A stretch of DNA of 33,191 nucleotides. Origin: a virus. Taxonomy: Duplodnaviria; Caudoviricetes. The translations under genes and the position numbers were made by a program. Position 1 is the stretch's first letter. Each line of letters begins with the position of its first letter. Where the stretch lies: positions 1 through 33,191 of IMG/VR virus record IMGVR_UViG_3300032305_000462; one strand, written 5' to 3'. This document shows positions 10,490 through 19,182 of the stretch, piece by piece. The notes beneath the pieces are model-generated. The model made no database searches. It had not been told where the DNA came from and saw nothing but the letters and a program-made list of their open reading frames with translations.

Positions 10490-11157
10490 TATTTTTTAAA
10501 TGTTTGTGTAATCGTTAATGCTATATCTTGACCTAATGCTTGTGCTAATTTTGATTGAAATTCTTGTCCAAATGCGCTATCTAAATTGTCATCAAAAAAT
10601 CCCACTCTTGCTATGCCTCTTTCCTTAATTCTTTTAGCAGTATTTTTTGCTAATTTTCTTAATTTTATCATAGGGTCAGCCACATCAGAAATTTGTTTTC
10701 TTTTTATTTGTAAAGGACTCAATCCTTTGCGCTGGTCTTCGTTCTTAATATAATTTTTATGCCTTAAATACCATTCAAGAATTGCTTGAACCATATTTTT
10801 AGATACTTTTAATGTTCTAAATTTATAGGGCGAATTTGGTTGACCGCTTTTTATTCCTTTTACTCCTTTGTTTTGAAAATCATAATATTCAGATGCTGGA
10901 TTTGATTTATCGTATCCAATAGTCAACGCATATTTATTACCGGTTTTGTTAATTGCTGAAACAGTAATATCACTTAAATTTCCCTTATCAACTTTACCTT
11001 TAGCATTTATCCTTTGCTTTGCTAATGATATAAATTTAGTGGCAGCGTCAAACATTACTTTTTCAACCGCATCAAGTTTTAATGTGCCTTGTGAACTTAT
11101 CCCACCTAAATCAAAATCTTTACCTAATGACTTTTGTGCCTCAAGAATGCTTGCCAT
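10489..11157 (-). CDS. Tail completion / neck protein (HK97 gp10-like)
   Basis: Basic, with GNLSD.I, YYDFQNKGVKG and I..RGI....FF motifs. Confidence 0.6.
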   Translation of the reverse strand: MASILEAQKSLGKDFDLGGISSQGTLKLDAVEKVMFDAATKFISLAKQRINAKGKVDKGNLSDITVSAINKTGNKYALTIGYDKSNPASEYYDFQNKGVKGIKSGQPNSPYKFRTLKVSKNMVQAILEWYLRHKNYIKNEDQRKGLSPLQIKRKQISDVADPMIKLRKLAKNTAKRIKERGIARVGFFDDNLDSAFGQEFQSKLAQALGQDIALTITQTFKK

Positions 11158-11425
11158 ATATCTGCTTCATTTGTTCCCTATCAAAACTATTTTTTGCCTT
11201 GATATAAGATAAATCGTTCAATGCTTGTATTGTTGGTAACTCAAACGCTTCTGCTAAATTTATTCTTTCGTGTTCGGAAATGATGGTAGCCTGGTAAATC
11301 CATCCATAACGTTGCATAAAGCCATTATCGTTACCTCTGCTTCTAACTTGTCCATCCCGTTCCTCATCAACTCCTCTTTCAAATAATCCCTTAAACTCGT
11401 TATCGAGTCGCTGAATACTTGACAA
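11141..11425 (-). CDS. Tail assembly chaperone -1 frameshift extension (T-like)
   Basis: Begins within the T9 run in the -1 frame (TTG at 11425). Reads as real protein: YGWIYQA...LPTIQALNDLSY. Confidence 0.6.
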   Translation of the reverse strand: MSSIQRLDNEFKGLFERGVDEERDGQVRSRGNDNGFMQRYGWIYQATIISEHERINLAEAFELPTIQALNDLSYIKAKNSFDREQMKQIYGKHS

Positions 11426-11907
11426 AAAAAAACCACGCTTCCATAAACCGACTCAAAACTTGCTGATAATAAATCATCGGCATATTCTTCGTGTTTGCTT
11501 GCATCATACTTAACCACTTTCCAACCTCTCCAGGTCAACTTCATAGGCATAACCATCGAAGCGGCAATCTTATGCAAATTGTTTATTATATCATCCCCAA
11601 AGAATTTAGTTTCTAAATACCGAGAATAAGGAATATTACGAATATCATAAATACACCTATATCGTTTTTTGCCAATCTTTATATAATCGTTTGGCTTTGG
11701 TATTGGTGCTGACTCAGTAATAAAAGTAATCTTCTTTAACTGCTCATTTAATTCCTTAATGGTTAAAGAATCTATTTGCGCTTCGGTTTGGTAAGTTAAA
11801 ATCTCTAAGGACTTTACCGCAATATCTAATTCAGTCAATCCCTCTTTTTTAGTAAGTAGGTTTTGAATTTGTTGCCATTGCCATACTGTGACATCTTTCC
11901 AGTTCAT
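11260..11907 (-). CDS. Tail assembly chaperone (G-like, frame 0)
   Basis: W.DVTVWQWQQI start. Contains a T9 slippery run and overlaps a -1 frame ORF. Confidence 0.65.
   Translation of the reverse strand: MNWKDVTVWQWQQIQNLLTKKEGLTELDIAVKSLEILTYQTEAQIDSLTIKELNEQLKKITFITESAPIPKPNDYIKIGKKRYRCIYDIRNIPYSRYLETKFFGDDIINNLHKIAASMVMPMKLTWRGWKVVKYDASKHEEYADDLLSASFESVYGSVVFFCQVFSDSITSLRDYLKEELMRNGMDKLEAEVTIMALCNVMDGFTRLPSFPNTKE
11424..11434 (-). promoter_or_regulatory. Putative -1 ribosomal frameshift site GG TTTTTTTTT
   Basis: The frame-0 reading GTT TTT TTT gives the heptamer U UUU UUU. A hairpin ACTCG-ATAA-CGAGT lies downstream at 11395-11408. Confidence 0.6.
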
Positions 11908-11910
11908 ATT

Positions 11911-11920
11911 TATAAATAGC
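11911..11920 (-). promoter_or_regulatory. Putative phage late promoter GCTATTTATA
   Basis: Fills most of the 16-bp gap between terminase and the chaperone gene. Confidence 0.6.
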
Positions 11921-11923
11921 TAA

Positions 11924-13090
11924 TTAAACAAAGTTGTATCGACCCGTTCCTGATTTAAAATCAAACTTTCTCCAGGCTAATGCTAAAGCACAAACGCAGT
12001 CATCAGTAAATCCGGTAGGTGCAGAATATTTTACCCCGTGTGATGTATATTGATACTCAAAAACTTCTAATTCATTTTTAATCATCCCTTCCGGATAATG
12101 TACTCGTTCCTGATGGATTGCCACTTGAAGACCCAACATTAATTCTTGCTTGCTTTGAGAAGTAAATTTAAAACCTTCTATGTCCATCCCTTCTCGTTGC
12201 AATTGCTCTACTATTGGGTCACCTACTCCAGTGCTATCAATTAACATCGGTGCTTTTGGACAATTGCGTAAAATGTTCTGAGTTGATGCCCAGTCCTTCT
12301 GGAATCGGTCATAGTAAGCCACATTGCCACTATTATCTAAACCAATTATAACAGTCCAATCTGAATACTTTGCCAAATCGACTCCGTAACATTTAACAAT
12401 ATTGCTCGAAATGTCAGATGTACACTTACGAATGGCATCACTTCCAAATGGATTCGAAGCGTTCTCCGCTGGGTTAGCCATATACTCCTGTTCGAATACT
12501 ACGTTTGGCAATTCCTTTTTAGCCGAATCAATCTCAGATGTAAGAATAAATGGATTATCATAGGTACTAAACTTAAAACTTTCCCATTCTGAATTTACAT
12601 TTAAGCCATTAAGGAATAAAGAATAGAAATAATTCTTACCTCTTGGAGTAGATAGAAATATGGCTTTACCCTGGTAATCGGTAAGAGTTGGTCGAATTGA
12701 ATTTTGCCAGCCTTCTTCCAAATTAGGAATATACGAAGCTTCATCGATAATAGCGTAATGAAATTTCATTCCTCGAAGGTTGTCCAATCGTTCTCCAGTA
12801 TAAAACCGAATCACTCCTTTGGTTTTAAATTTAATTGTCAAATCAGAAATATTGTAATCCGCAATTTCCGAAGGAATAATTAATCTAATTTCGTCAAAAA
12901 ACACTTTAGCTAATTGATATGTGGGAGTTATGTATGCCACACGTTTCCCTTTTAATGCTTCAGCGCACGAAATGACTTGGCTAATTAAGGATTTACCAAA
13001 TCTTCTACCACACATAAGAACACGAAACCGAGCCTTACTTTGCAATACATAATCTTGCGATTTATGCGGATTCGGTAGGATAATTTCCAT
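11924..13090 (-). CDS. terL: Terminase large subunit
   Basis: Walker A-like GRRFGKS, Walker B IIDEA, STPRG, nuclease GVDLAK and DDCVCALALA. ATG 13090 preferred over TTG 13096. Confidence 0.95.
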   Translation of the reverse strand: MEIILPNPHKSQDYVLQSKARFRVLMCGRRFGKSLISQVISCAEALKGKRVAYITPTYQLAKVFFDEIRLIIPSEIADYNISDLTIKFKTKGVIRFYTGERLDNLRGMKFHYAIIDEASYIPNLEEGWQNSIRPTLTDYQGKAIFLSTPRGKNYFYSLFLNGLNVNSEWESFKFSTYDNPFILTSEIDSAKKELPNVVFEQEYMANPAENASNPFGSDAIRKCTSDISSNIVKCYGVDLAKYSDWTVIIGLDNSGNVAYYDRFQKDWASTQNILRNCPKAPMLIDSTGVGDPIVEQLQREGMDIEGFKFTSQSKQELMLGLQVAIHQERVHYPEGMIKNELEVFEYQYTSHGVKYSAPTGFTDDCVCALALAWRKFDFKSGTGRYNFV

Positions 13091-13421
13091 TAGCAAATTT
13101 GATTGTTATTTCCGAATCTTGCTTTAATTCTCCTGATAAATTAAGTTCATTTTTTTCAACATAACCCCTTGACTTTCCTCTTGTTTTTAATAAAAAAATT
13201 GTTGCGGTTACATTTCCCTCTTTAATTTGCTTGAATAGACTTGATTCTGCAAAATCCAAAACAATATTATCAATATCATTGATTTGATTAGCATAATCAA
13301 TATCATTATTCATCCATACATAATGAGTCGTACGATCTATATCAATAGATTTAGCTGCAAGTGTTACATTACCTAAATTTTTTTGCAATGCGTCAATCAT
13401 TGCTTTCTTTTTTACATCCAT
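13062..13421 (-). CDS. terS: Terminase small subunit
   Basis: HTH (LGNVTLAAKSIDIDRTTHY.W) and ATIFLLKTRGKSRGYVE, directly upstream of terL. Confidence 0.85.
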   Translation of the reverse strand: MDVKKKAMIDALQKNLGNVTLAAKSIDIDRTTHYVWMNNDIDYANQINDIDNIVLDFAESSLFKQIKEGNVTATIFLLKTRGKSRGYVEKNELNLSGELKQDSEITIKFANGNYPTESA

Positions 13422-13689
13422 AACTATTCGTTAGACCAAAATGAAAAATCTTTTTCTATTTCGTTTTTAGTAAAAAAATCATTAACACAAACATTTACTT
13501 TCCAGGATTTAGGTTCAAAACCACCCCCCATAAATTCAAAAGTATGTGCAATGAAATTATAATAAAAATCATAAATATTTCCAATAATTATAACTTTTTT
13601 TAATTTTATTTTATTCCTTTTTATAAATTTTTGTCGAAAATTGTCGAATGCTCATTTTTTTAAATAGTAATAACCACTCGGTCCACGGC

Positions 13690-14337
13690 TCATATTATTG
13701 TTTCTTTTGGTAAAAATTGATTGCAATTTGTATGCCCTTCAGCTTGGCTCATTCTATAATCTCTACCAAGTCCTTGAGCAACTGCCATAAAACTTGATTG
13801 ATTGCCACTAACATATTTTGCACCTAATTGTAATTGAGCCAATTCTAAATAATCCTTTATTTCGTATCTCTCAATTAAATGTTTATACGGCTCATATTCA
13901 GATTCTAAACCAATGAAATAAACATTATCTGAATTGTCTTTTAAAAAATTAATTTCTTTAATCCAATCCGTAGTTAAAGATTTATATCTTGGAGTTATAT
14001 TAATAAAACTATTATTTGATTTTATTGGCTCAACTTTTAACCATCCTTGTTTCCAAGTTTCATCTATAATCTGAAAACTTTGCAAATGCAATTGTACTAA
14101 ATGAGTTAAATGTAAATCTATATTTGAACGGAATAAATCTAAATTATATATTGTACCAGTCAATTCTCTGGCTTTTTTAACTTCGTGAATATATTCCTGA
14201 GATTCTAATAATGGCAAAATTGTGTCATACAAATGGTCGGGTAATTGTACATTAAAAATACCCCCTCCTAATGCCTTAATGGTGGGCAAAGAATAAATTA
14301 TATCTCCAGTTGCGCCACTATGATAAAAATTATTCAT
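13690..14337 (-). CDS. Glycosyltransferase, GT9 (heptosyltransferase)-like
   Basis: N-terminal G..GDIIYSLP.IKAL and C-terminal A..VSGNQSS...VA.GLG motifs. Confidence 0.65.
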   Translation of the reverse strand: MNNFYHSGATGDIIYSLPTIKALGGGIFNVQLPDHLYDTILPLLESQEYIHEVKKARELTGTIYNLDLFRSNIDLHLTHLVQLHLQSFQIIDETWKQGWLKVEPIKSNNSFINITPRYKSLTTDWIKEINFLKDNSDNVYFIGLESEYEPYKHLIERYEIKDYLELAQLQLGAKYVSGNQSSFMAVAQGLGRDYRMSQAEGHTNCNQFLPKETII

Positions 14338-14339
14338 AT

Positions 14340-14759
14340 TTATTTTTGATTATCGATTTGCTCTAATTTTCTTATTGCCCACTCAATACCTTCAGTACCT
14401 CCCCAACAATCCCACATTAAGCCTCCGCATCCTTCGCCATAAGGAACATCTTTACTTTGCTGATGTCTTTTAAATGATGCCATTCTCGCTATTGTATCTC
14501 TTGTGATGTTTTCTCGATTAGCTAATTGATTGGCACGAATTTTACCTACTGGAGTTCCGCAACTTCCCCAACCATTTTCTTTAACATATTTTAAAGCACG
14601 TTTTGCATTGTTGACCGCTAAATCAGGATAATCGTTATAACTATCAGCCATATTTATTTTAATTGCAGTCCATACCTCTTCCGCTTTGGCTTCAGTATCA
14701 TAAACACAAGCGCCATTCCCAATTCTATATTTACCGTTTGAGCATTTTATTACTGGCAT
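14340..14759 (-). CDS. Hypothetical phage protein (possibly head-associated)
   Basis: 139 aa with SYNDYP...CGTPVGKIRANQLA...WDCWGG..GIEWA motifs. Confidence 0.55.
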   Translation of the reverse strand: MPVIKCSNGKYRIGNGACVYDTEAKAEEVWTAIKINMADSYNDYPDLAVNNAKRALKYVKENGWGSCGTPVGKIRANQLANRENITRDTIARMASFKRHQQSKDVPYGEGCGGLMWDCWGGTEGIEWAIRKLEQIDNQK

Positions 14760-14762
14760 AAT

Positions 14763-15413
14763 TTAATTGTTATATTCAAAATCCAAAATTTGTCCAACTA
14801 AATCAGACCTATGATTCTCTTTTAGCTTAATCCATTTAATACCTTCAATCTTTTTAGATAAATCAATACCAAAACTAAGTCCATTATAACTATCCTTAAT
14901 ATCCTTTTGTTCATTGTCTCCGTTCACAATAATCTTACCGGTTTTACCTAATCTTGTTAATATAGCAAGCATTTCGGTTTTGCTTAGGTTTTGCGCTTCT
15001 TCCACTACCAAAATATCATCAATAGTTTTACCTCGAATGAATTGAACTGGATAAGCTACAATCTTCTCATCTTTCACCATTGTTTGAATCTTAATCTTGT
15101 CAGCACACTTAACTAAGTTCTCTTGGAATGCTTCTAAATACGGATTAAACTTATCATCTAATGAACCTGGTAAATAACCTAATGAATTACCGACCTCAAT
15201 GGTTGCACGTGTAATAAATATATGGTTACATTGTTTCTTATTTAGGAAATCTAAAGCAGCCAATGCACATACTAAACTCTTACCCGAACCAGCTCTGCCT
15301 GTTACAATAACAATTTGATTTTCTACTATTAGCTTCCTTGCTTCCTTTTGTTCTTCGTTTAAAATTACGTTGTACTTAATCTCTTGCTTACGTTCTCTAT
15401 TTGGTTCTTTCAT
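14763..15413 (-). CDS. phoH: PhoH-family ATPase
   Basis: GRAGSGKS, LGYLPGSLDDK, FIRGKT, VEEAQN, LTRLG, GD..Q.D and HRS.LV motifs. Confidence 0.92.
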   Translation of the reverse strand: MKEPNRERKQEIKYNVILNEEQKEARKLIVENQIVIVTGRAGSGKSLVCALAALDFLNKKQCNHIFITRATIEVGNSLGYLPGSLDDKFNPYLEAFQENLVKCADKIKIQTMVKDEKIVAYPVQFIRGKTIDDILVVEEAQNLSKTEMLAILTRLGKTGKIIVNGDNEQKDIKDSYNGLSFGIDLSKKIEGIKWIKLKENHRSDLVGQILDFEYNN

Positions 15414-16433
15414 TTAGCATTCGATTAGTTTAGAATAAATAGCAAATCTTTCCTCATTAATTTTAAATAGGTCATAATTCTCTCTTACATATTCAGCATT
15501 AGCCTCTCCGAAGTCTGTTCTCATTTGTGAACTAAAAGCCATTCTTTTAATATCACGTTCCCAATTGTTGACCCAGCACACTGTTGGAATGTCATCGTAT
15601 GGCGCTCGTTTTATTGCCATCAATGGAATGCGTTTGGCTCCAGCTTCTAATGCCTTTAGATTTGATTTTAGTCGATTGAATTTATTATCTAATAATGGCG
15701 CAAGTAATATGTCTGCTTCTTGGTAAAAATTCATATAAAGGTCTACCGGCATAGATTCTAAAATCTTATAATTTAGTTTCTCTCCAGCAGTATACCAATC
15801 AGCCATTTGTTTCCAATAAAATACATTTAAATCATTCCATCCACAAAGAAGCATCCTGGTCGAATCTTTGAACGATTTAGATTTGGATAATTCATAAATC
15901 GGATTCTTTAATTGCCTCATATCAGGAAAATGTGTGATGCTTCCCGTGTGCGCTATGGTAACTAATTCGTTAACATTTCTTTGAGCAGTAAATTGGTCTT
16001 TGTCAAATGGCAAAGCATTCGGCAAAATATAGCAGTTAGGATTTATCTTAATTATCTCAAGTCGTAAACGGTTATGAGTTGTCGTAACTACATCAGCAAA
16101 TTTTATATAATTCTTTATGACTTGCGTAACTCCTAAAGACCGGTAGGTTAGCGCAGATAAATGTTGGCTAAATAGTTCCCAGTAGTCATCAATATCAACC
16201 ACCAATTTAAAACCAATCTTAGCTTTCCATTTTAATAAATCAGGTAAAGGTATTGATTCACAAAATCGATTAACGACAACTACGTTTATGTCCTTTTCAA
16301 TCAGCATCTCTTCGGTCATTGTATCGGTAATAATACAATACTCTTTTTGCATAATTGACAAAGGTAAACCAAGCCGATGGTAAGTTACTCCCGAATGCCT
16401 ACTTCCTACGGCGCAGATTCTTAGTTTGGACAT
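15414..16433 (-). CDS. Glycosyltransferase (GT-B fold, GT4-like)
   Basis: YHRL..P, VVDIDDYW, G..TH..D and DILLAPL..NKFN.LKSNLK.LEAG motifs. Confidence 0.85.
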   Translation of the reverse strand: MSKLRICAVGSRHSGVTYHRLGLPLSIMQKEYCIITDTMTEEMLIEKDINVVVVNRFCESIPLPDLLKWKAKIGFKLVVDIDDYWELFSQHLSALTYRSLGVTQVIKNYIKFADVVTTTHNRLRLEIIKINPNCYILPNALPFDKDQFTAQRNVNELVTIAHTGSITHFPDMRQLKNPIYELSKSKSFKDSTRMLLCGWNDLNVFYWKQMADWYTAGEKLNYKILESMPVDLYMNFYQEADILLAPLLDNKFNRLKSNLKALEAGAKRIPLMAIKRAPYDDIPTVCWVNNWERDIKRMAFSSQMRTDFGEANAEYVRENYDLFKINEERFAIYSKLIEC

Positions 16434-16677
16434 CGTTTGGTTGATTGAGTTTAGCTATGTATTTTATTCCCTCGTAATGTGCTGACAATCTTTTAAGCAT
16501 ATCAAAAACGCAACTGCCACACCAGGAATTAAAATTAAAATCTTTGTTGACATATTTACGGTAAAGATTGGCATACTCTTCTAATATTGGTCGGTCAATA
16601 TTTTTTGTAAAACCTAAAGCCACCGCCTCAAAGTTTATAATATTAGCTTCTATAAATGCTATTTCTTCTTCGGTCAT
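16399..16677 (-). CDS. Hypothetical protein with CxxC
   Basis: 92 aa, WCGSC motif, overlaps its neighbours. Confidence 0.65.
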   Translation of the reverse strand: MTEEEIAFIEANIINFEAVALGFTKNIDRPILEEYANLYRKYVNKDFNFNSWCGSCVFDMLKRLSAHYEGIKYIAKLNQPNDVQTKNLRRRK

Positions 16678-16901
16678 AGTTTATTTATTAATCTATAAAT
16701 TACGGCTCCTAATATTCCCGAACTAAATACGATAGCTATCCATTCTTGAAACTGCATTGGAACAACAATTAAAACGATGGCGCTCCAGGTAGATAAACAC
16801 GGAGTACAACTAAACGGTTTAAAATTTAAACCAAATGACTCATATAAATTTGTCATTGTAAAAAACACGGCAAACGAAACGGCTGCGATTATAGTTATCA
16901 T
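16674..16901 (-). CDS. Small membrane protein with CxxC (DUF1360-like)
   Basis: Hydrophobic segments and KPFSCTPCLSTW. Confidence 0.6.
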   Translation of the reverse strand: MITIIAAVSFAVFFTMTNLYESFGLNFKPFSCTPCLSTWSAIVLIVVPMQFQEWIAIVFSSGILGAVIYRLINKL

Positions 16902-17080
16902 TTATTGCTTTTATAAATTTCTTGCTTAACTAATGCCCAGTACTCTAAATCATCAGCTTGTAATTTCTGCTCAAGAATAAGAGTAGTTATGTATAACGAC
17001 AATTCAAAAGCAAAAAACTTATTGCCTGTAAAATAAAGTGCATTTATTAATAAACTCTTTGCTCGGTCATTAGGCTTCAT
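16898..17080 (-). CDS. Hypothetical protein
   Basis: 60 aa, overlapping both neighbours. Confidence 0.6.
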   Translation of the reverse strand: MKPNDRAKSLLINALYFTGNKFFAFELSLYITTLILEQKLQADDLEYWALVKQEIYKSNK

Positions 17081-17582
17081 TCCTTATCTTCTTTTTAATG
17101 TTAGCAATAGTTTTGACAATCGACATATAAGGAATACCGGTTCTTCGTGAAATCTCCGTTTGATTAAAATTTAATTCCACGTAAGTATCTAATAACCTAT
17201 CCTCGTACCAACTTAATGATTTACGTGCAGATTCAACCTGGTTAAATAAACTCTCTTTGTATTCCTTTGAGTCATCGTTAATCTGAGCCAATTCTTGGAC
17301 ATCATCAATAGATTCAAACCTCGCTCTAAAATGTCTAAAGAATGGTTGATTCATTCCGGTTGAATAAATCATATTGAGCATACATCTGACAAGCCAATAC
17401 TTTAATCCACTTACTCCGTTGTTGTTGTAAATAGACCAAAACTTATCATCAGTTATTGAGCAAAGATTTAAAAACATTTCTTGTTTTAATTCCTCACGTA
17501 AGTTTGCTGGGTGCATTTTCATTAAGGCTTGTTTAATCTCCTTTGATTTGTAAATTTCCTCAATGATTTGCGACCTGGTCAA
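17070..17582 (-). CDS. RNA polymerase sigma-70/ECF-like factor
   Basis: Region-2-like EELKQEMFL.L and region-4 HTH (L.WYEDRLL..Y.....QTEISRRTGI...SI.KTI). Confidence 0.7.
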   Translation of the reverse strand: MTRSQIIEEIYKSKEIKQALMKMHPANLREELKQEMFLNLCSITDDKFWSIYNNNGVSGLKYWLVRCMLNMIYSTGMNQPFFRHFRARFESIDDVQELAQINDDSKEYKESLFNQVESARKSLSWYEDRLLDTYVELNFNQTEISRRTGIPYMSIVKTIANIKKKIRNEA

Positions 17583-17613
17583 TTTTGTTTTTTAGAACTA
17601 AGATTTTTGTAAA

Positions 17614-17847
17614 TCAATCTAATTTTTGCAATTCCCGATTTAAATACCATTGAGCCTTTTCTAAATCTTGCTTTTTGTTTCCTTTCTTGTCAGCTCGAAG
17701 AATGTATTTAATTGAGTTTCCAAGATTGAAATTTAAGTCAAATGAATCAATAATGTCAATGACCTCAATGCCGTTCCCCTGGTAATGTTGTGGATGATTG
17801 ACCTCTTCTTTTATAACTCCCTGATAATTAATCTTTTCCATTTGCAA
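17614..17847 (-). CDS. DUF3310 family protein
   Basis: VNHPQHY...IEVIDII...FNLGNSIKYILRA.KK...QDLEKA.WYL. Start may be ATG 17841. Confidence 0.85.
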   Translation of the reverse strand: MQMEKINYQGVIKEEVNHPQHYQGNGIEVIDIIDSFDLNFNLGNSIKYILRADKKGNKKQDLEKAQWYLNRELQKLD

Positions 17848-17855
17848 AGTTTACA

Positions 17856-18068
17856 TTAAAGTTTGTGTAATTCCAAATAATCCTTAATTTTTTTTGTTTG
17901 CCTGTAAGCTGGATAAGAAGCACCGCTATTCATTTTGATTCGATTAAGGTTTATTTCAAGGCTATAATTTAAATCTAAATACGTTGCGCAATCTATAACT
18001 ATTTGAATTGTAGGTCGTTGTATTCTCATTGTAATCCAATCAATGGCCTTTTTGTAATTCTCACTCAA
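17856..18068 (-). CDS. Hypothetical protein
   Basis: 70 aa, overlaps the upstream gene. Confidence 0.6.
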   Translation of the reverse strand: MSENYKKAIDWITMRIQRPTIQIVIDCATYLDLNYSLEINLNRIKMNSGASYPAYRQTKKIKDYLELHKL

Positions 18069-18415
18069 ATCTCATCTGATTTAAATCTTTTAATTAAACT
18101 TTCGCAATCCTCAATCGACCTAACAATTGTGTAATAATAACCGTGATTAATTGCTATTTGCTCAAATGCTTTTTGATTAGGTTGTTGGCTTCCTTTTTCA
18201 ATTTTAACCTCAACAAATAATCCTTTCCAATTCTTGTTTGAAATCATCCAGAACATATCAGCTACTCCAGCCTTTGCACCTTCTAATTTTAATTTAATTG
18301 CAACTAATCTATGTCTTGCACCTCCGTTGGGAATTGCAAAATAATAAAAGTCTTGTGTAAAATCTAACCAATGACAAATGGCTACTTGTAACTTATGCTC
18401 ATATTCGTTTCTCAT
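18065..18415 (-). CDS. VRR-NUC domain nuclease (putative resolvase)
   Basis: EHKLQ, FAIPNGG.R, G.KAGVAD and FVEVK...G.Q..NQ motifs. Confidence 0.88.
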   Translation of the reverse strand: MRNEYEHKLQVAICHWLDFTQDFYYFAIPNGGARHRLVAIKLKLEGAKAGVADMFWMISNKNWKGLFVEVKIEKGSQQPNQKAFEQIAINHGYYYTIVRSIEDCESLIKRFKSDEI

Positions 18416-18780
18416 TTGCCATAAGTTTCGTTGTAATATTGTTCTGAATTATTCCAATCATGAGTGATAGATATTTCATCTGAATCTTGAATCTTTCTTG
18501 ATTCATTAAATGCTAATTTTATCTGCTCTTTCTCCATTTGTTTGGCTTTTCTTATAGCTAATAATAAATCTATTTCATCAAATTTGTTTTCATCAAGCTG
18601 TTCACTTTCTTTCCATTTGTGAAATTTTATTATTTGTTCACCAAGCCAATTTACTGCTGTTTGTTTATTTTCCATTTCTTTAGCTTTTTTTAATGCAATT
18701 AATGCTTCTTCTTTTGTGTGATTTGGATTATCATCTATCCATTTAAGAATCCAATGTTGTGCTTTTATATTATTTTCCAT
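18412..18780 (-). CDS. Hypothetical protein
   Basis: 122 aa with KQTAV.WL, a repeated AK.ME motif and EQYYNETYG end. Confidence 0.7.
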   Translation of the reverse strand: MENNIKAQHWILKWIDDNPNHTKEEALIALKKAKEMENKQTAVNWLGEQIIKFHKWKESEQLDENKFDEIDLLLAIRKAKQMEKEQIKLAFNESRKIQDSDEISITHDWNNSEQYYNETYGK

Positions 18781-18979
18781 TGTTTTGATTTTTTATTCTT
18801 CCTTGACTTGTGTATAACCTCAAATCAATTGTATCCGTATAAATATCTTCTTGTTCAATAATTCCAAATACAATTTTAGACTCTGATTTTTTTTGTATTG
18901 TCCGATTATTTTTAATCGAAGTAAAATAAAGATAGCAAATTAATGCTAATGCAAATAAATAAATTATTCTTCTTTTCAT
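18770..18979 (-). CDS. Hypothetical protein with N-terminal membrane anchor
   Basis: Start at 18979 (ATGA overlap with upstream stop), reading MKRRIIYLFALALICYLYF. Confidence 0.6.
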   Translation of the reverse strand: MKRRIIYLFALALICYLYFTSIKNNRTIQKKSESKIVFGIIEQEDIYTDTIDLRLYTSQGRIKNQNNGK

Positions 18980-19182
18980 AATTCGTTTAGGTTTATATCT
19001 AAATATTTGCAAACTAATAATCCTAATTCAAAACTTAAAGTATGCTTACCTCTTACCCATTGTCTAACGCAAGTCAATGAAACATCTATGGCATTTGCTA
19101 AATCTTGATTAGATAATTTTCTTTCAGTCATCCGCTGGATAATCATTGATTGCAGATTCTTTTTAAATCGTTCAGTCATCAT
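18976..19182 (-). CDS. XRE-family HTH transcriptional regulator
   Basis: LSNQDLANAIDVS...VRQWVRG motif, 68 aa. Confidence 0.85.
   Translation of the reverse strand: MMTERFKKNLQSMIIQRMTERKLSNQDLANAIDVSLTCVRQWVRGKHTLSFELGLLVCKYLDINLNEL

Noticed and set aside
13424-13693. Stop-codon reassignment (TGA readthrough)
   Set aside because: Many genes end in TGA with ATGA coupling, coding density is high under the standard code, and no suppressor tRNA was seen.
17845-17877. Host-type promoter TTTG-N21-AAACTTTG before DUF3310
   Set aside because: The -7 box deviates from TAnnTTTG and nearly abuts the ATG. Possible, but too weak to call.
18976-19182. XRE gene as a lysogeny repressor
   Set aside because: Co-oriented in the replication operon, with no peptidase domain, divergent switch, integrase or partition genes. 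Lifestyle cannot be settled from this.
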